The position numbers and the translations under genes are program-made. Shown one piece after another: positions 61,300 through 64,000 of a DNA stretch of 64,000 nucleotides (positions are counted from its first letter, which is position 1; every line of letters starts with the position of its first letter). The notes beneath the pieces were generated by a model, which was given only the letters and a program-made list of their open reading frames with translations, ran no database searches and was not told the DNA's origin. This stretch comes from Selaginella moellendorffii (Eukaryota > Plantae > Lycopodiophyta). The stretch spans positions 987,996 through 1,051,995 of the forward strand of contig NW_003314309.1 in NCBI RefSeq assembly GCF_000143415.4, read 5' to 3'.

Positions 61300-64000
61300 C
61301 CAAATTTATATGCGCTATAATAACAAACAACTCCAAAATTCCCTCCCTACAACACTAGAAAATGGGACAACTTTGGATAAGCTTCCCTCTCTAGACACTC
61401 TAAACCTTCTTCCAACACACTTACATTGCTACTACAAATTTAGGAATACTATTAGACTATGGCTATTCACAAGCTATAAAAAAATTTATCTCAAAACACA
61501 CTCTCTTCTTTCTAAAAAAAACTTATTCCTTGGAGTGAGACCTAACTTGACATCTTTCACTCCATCCTTTTCTAGAGTTAAAATCCTTGTGATGTTTATA
61601 ATGCCCACCATCTCCTAAAAGCTTGGATTATTGTCCCAAATTTTTGCCCTCCTTACCTTGTTTGTGATCTTTTTAAACTCATCCAAGTTCCCTAGATTGC
61701 CTCATTCTTAATTCTCCTACTAAAATCTTAAAGATTCCTTAAATTTTGCCATCTAGCATACTATTGTCTACATTATTTGCCATGTGGATTTAACCATACT
61801 TTACTATTTCCATCCTTAATCTAGTACAATTATATTGCCTTACCCATCTCTAGAAAGTTGTGATAACAAGGGATGTTAGAAACAAGGATATAGGAGTTAA
61901 AAAATGTAAGTATAATGAGGATACAAAAGAACTCTACATGTTCTAATTCTTTTTCAACTATTAGGATTTCCTTTTCAATTGCTAATATAATTAAGTTCCT
62001 TTGAATTCCACTATCAATTTTCACCTCTTTCAAGATGTTTTAGTTTCGTGACCTTGTTACCCCTACTACTCCTTTTGCATAGACTTCTTTTTGATACCAC
62101 ACTTTGTAGTGTACTCACATTAGTTCCATTTATAATCTCCTTTATGTCCAACTGATTTCATCTTATTGAAGCCTTCATGTCCCCAGGTCTCTTCCAACTA
62201 CATTCTTTATAAAGGGGTTTGCTCTTCTCCTTCTTTCAAGTCTTGGCTTACTTTGAGTAGTATTCTTTTGCCTTCCTAATGTTTAATATCATAAATTTTG
62301 CCATAAAAACCTTTCCCATATATTTTTCTCTTTAGAAAATATTACTTCCTACCATTCTTTAGCCATTTTAATTATTTGCATACCCATATTTTCCTCTTGA
62401 ATGGTTATTTCTTTCTTCAACTATTTGATCTCATATTTAAACTTATTAGTGTCTTCCACTATTATTTCTAATTTAAATCTTTGTTCTTGAGCATTTGTAC
62501 CACGTGATCCTTATGAGTATACAACATCTCAAACTTCTTTGTTGTCTTTTGATTGAAGATGGCAAAAAATTTACTACTTTCATGAGTAACTTTTAAATAC
62601 TAAAGCAATTTTCTACAAAAATTTATTGTTTTTTAAGTATCCTCCAACTCCATCCACTTTCCTATTACCCCCCTTAAGAATCTCAATCTCCTTTCTTAAA
62701 AGCTTTATATTAAAATTTTTATATTTCTAGCATTTCACTATCAACTCCCTTATATACTCTGTGAGCTAATAAATGATGGTCAAATGTTCTTCATCTCTCC
62801 TTTACACAACTTTTATGAGAAATCTCATTTTGAAGATCCATCACAAACTTTTTTTCTTATATCCTTATACTTCAAAAACATCCATAGATAGATGTTATTG
62901 GATCACTACAGCCATGATCTTTTTAATTATTACCCAAGTTTTGAATATGGTAGGTTCCTCCATATCCCTAAAAGAGTATATCTAAAAAACCAATTTAAAA
63001 CCTCTCTTTTATGTATTTTTTTTGAATTTCTAACTTCATTTTCATAGAGAGCTCCATAAAATAGTATTCCACTTGTTCTAGTCAAATAAATGCACCCAGG
63101 CAAGAATGCCACTATTGGTTGTTGCATGTTACACTTTATATTTGGAATTTCCTCTCATTCCTAAAAATCTTCAAGAATCTCTTCCTCCTTGGCCTCATTG
63201 AGTATCTTTTGTAAATAAAGATCTTTTATTTTCTTTCATATACCTAAAGTTAATATAAAAAATGCTCATAAGCATTTCCAAGCTAACTGAATCTCCACTT
63301 GAAGTGTTATTTTAAATCTAAGGCCTTATGTTGGTCATAGTAAAATGGCTTTTATGTATTGTGTCAAGACCTCTCTTTTACCTAGGAGATTCTAGAGAAG
63401 GAGATGTTATCTTATCTCAAGATCCTCTATAATTACTTTTAAATTGACCTTTTCATGTTTATTGATAAGTGATCCTTCTTTATTCATCTTACTTCATGAT
63501 CTCCCACGCCTTAAATCCCTTTAATTCCCTTTTTCCTTACTTAAATCATACTTCTTTGATTTTTTGGGTGAGGGCTTTACCTTTGCACTCACAACCTGTT
63601 TTTTTGGACAATTTAACTCCCCTACTCTTGCTCTATATGTTTTTTTATAAGATTCTTCTTACAAGTGTTTTCCTCATGGGGCATTTTATACATGTTAGTG
63701 GCAATGCCTCCTCTAACTCATCTCAACCATTGATTTTATGTCCTTTCACATTAAAAGAATTCATTCCTTATGCCATATGTTTGTTTGTCTATTATTTTTT
63801 TGTTTATTTATCTTCCTTACTTCTCTCATGCTCTTCTTGATGCTTTTTTATGATATGGTACAATATCCCATTAAGCACAAGGGAATAATTATCTCTTGTG
63901 CTACCGGTCCTATTCTTTATTCCTAAATCTTTGTTTTAATTACCATTGTGAATGTCCTTACAAACTTCTTAGCAAGCCTATCACTCTCGGCTAATATATG
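61300..64000 (-). mobile_element. Highly degenerate L1-type LINE ORF2 remnant
   Basis: Faint minus-strand motifs in LINE order (KWMELED, GFYGKIY, PG..GF, NLIILAIEK). Boundaries are approximate. Confidence 0.4.

Overview
Plant nuclear DNA, most likely a lycophyte such as Selaginella. This is inferred from the SS-type PPR arrays and ~50-nt introns. Host genes lie at both ends: PLS-E PPR genes, Fic-domain genes, an IGR/mS41-like gene and a kiwellin-like gene. Between them is a ~47-kb nest of transposons: a Ty3/gypsy relic, a 5S-bearing Cassandra-type TRIM, a second TRIM family, and an L1 LINE split by a 7.6-kb non-coding LTR element and a 23.1-kb Mutator-like element (16690-39780, 8-bp TSD). The MULE transposase is itself split by an ~12-kb Sola1-type DNA transposon (20022-31974, AAAT TSD). 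Main result: these two unrelated DNA transposons each carry, divergent from the transposase, a spliced gene for a ParB/Srx-like domain fused to an N6A/N4C-type methyltransferase fold. They also share a second homologous exon. The Sola1 element holds about 20 copies of a 20-bp palindrome (TGGCRTGWGGCCWCAYGCCA), many inside tiny introns. This suggests a transposon-encoded 'ParB-MTase + cognate site' system. All calls are by eye; no database searches were run.
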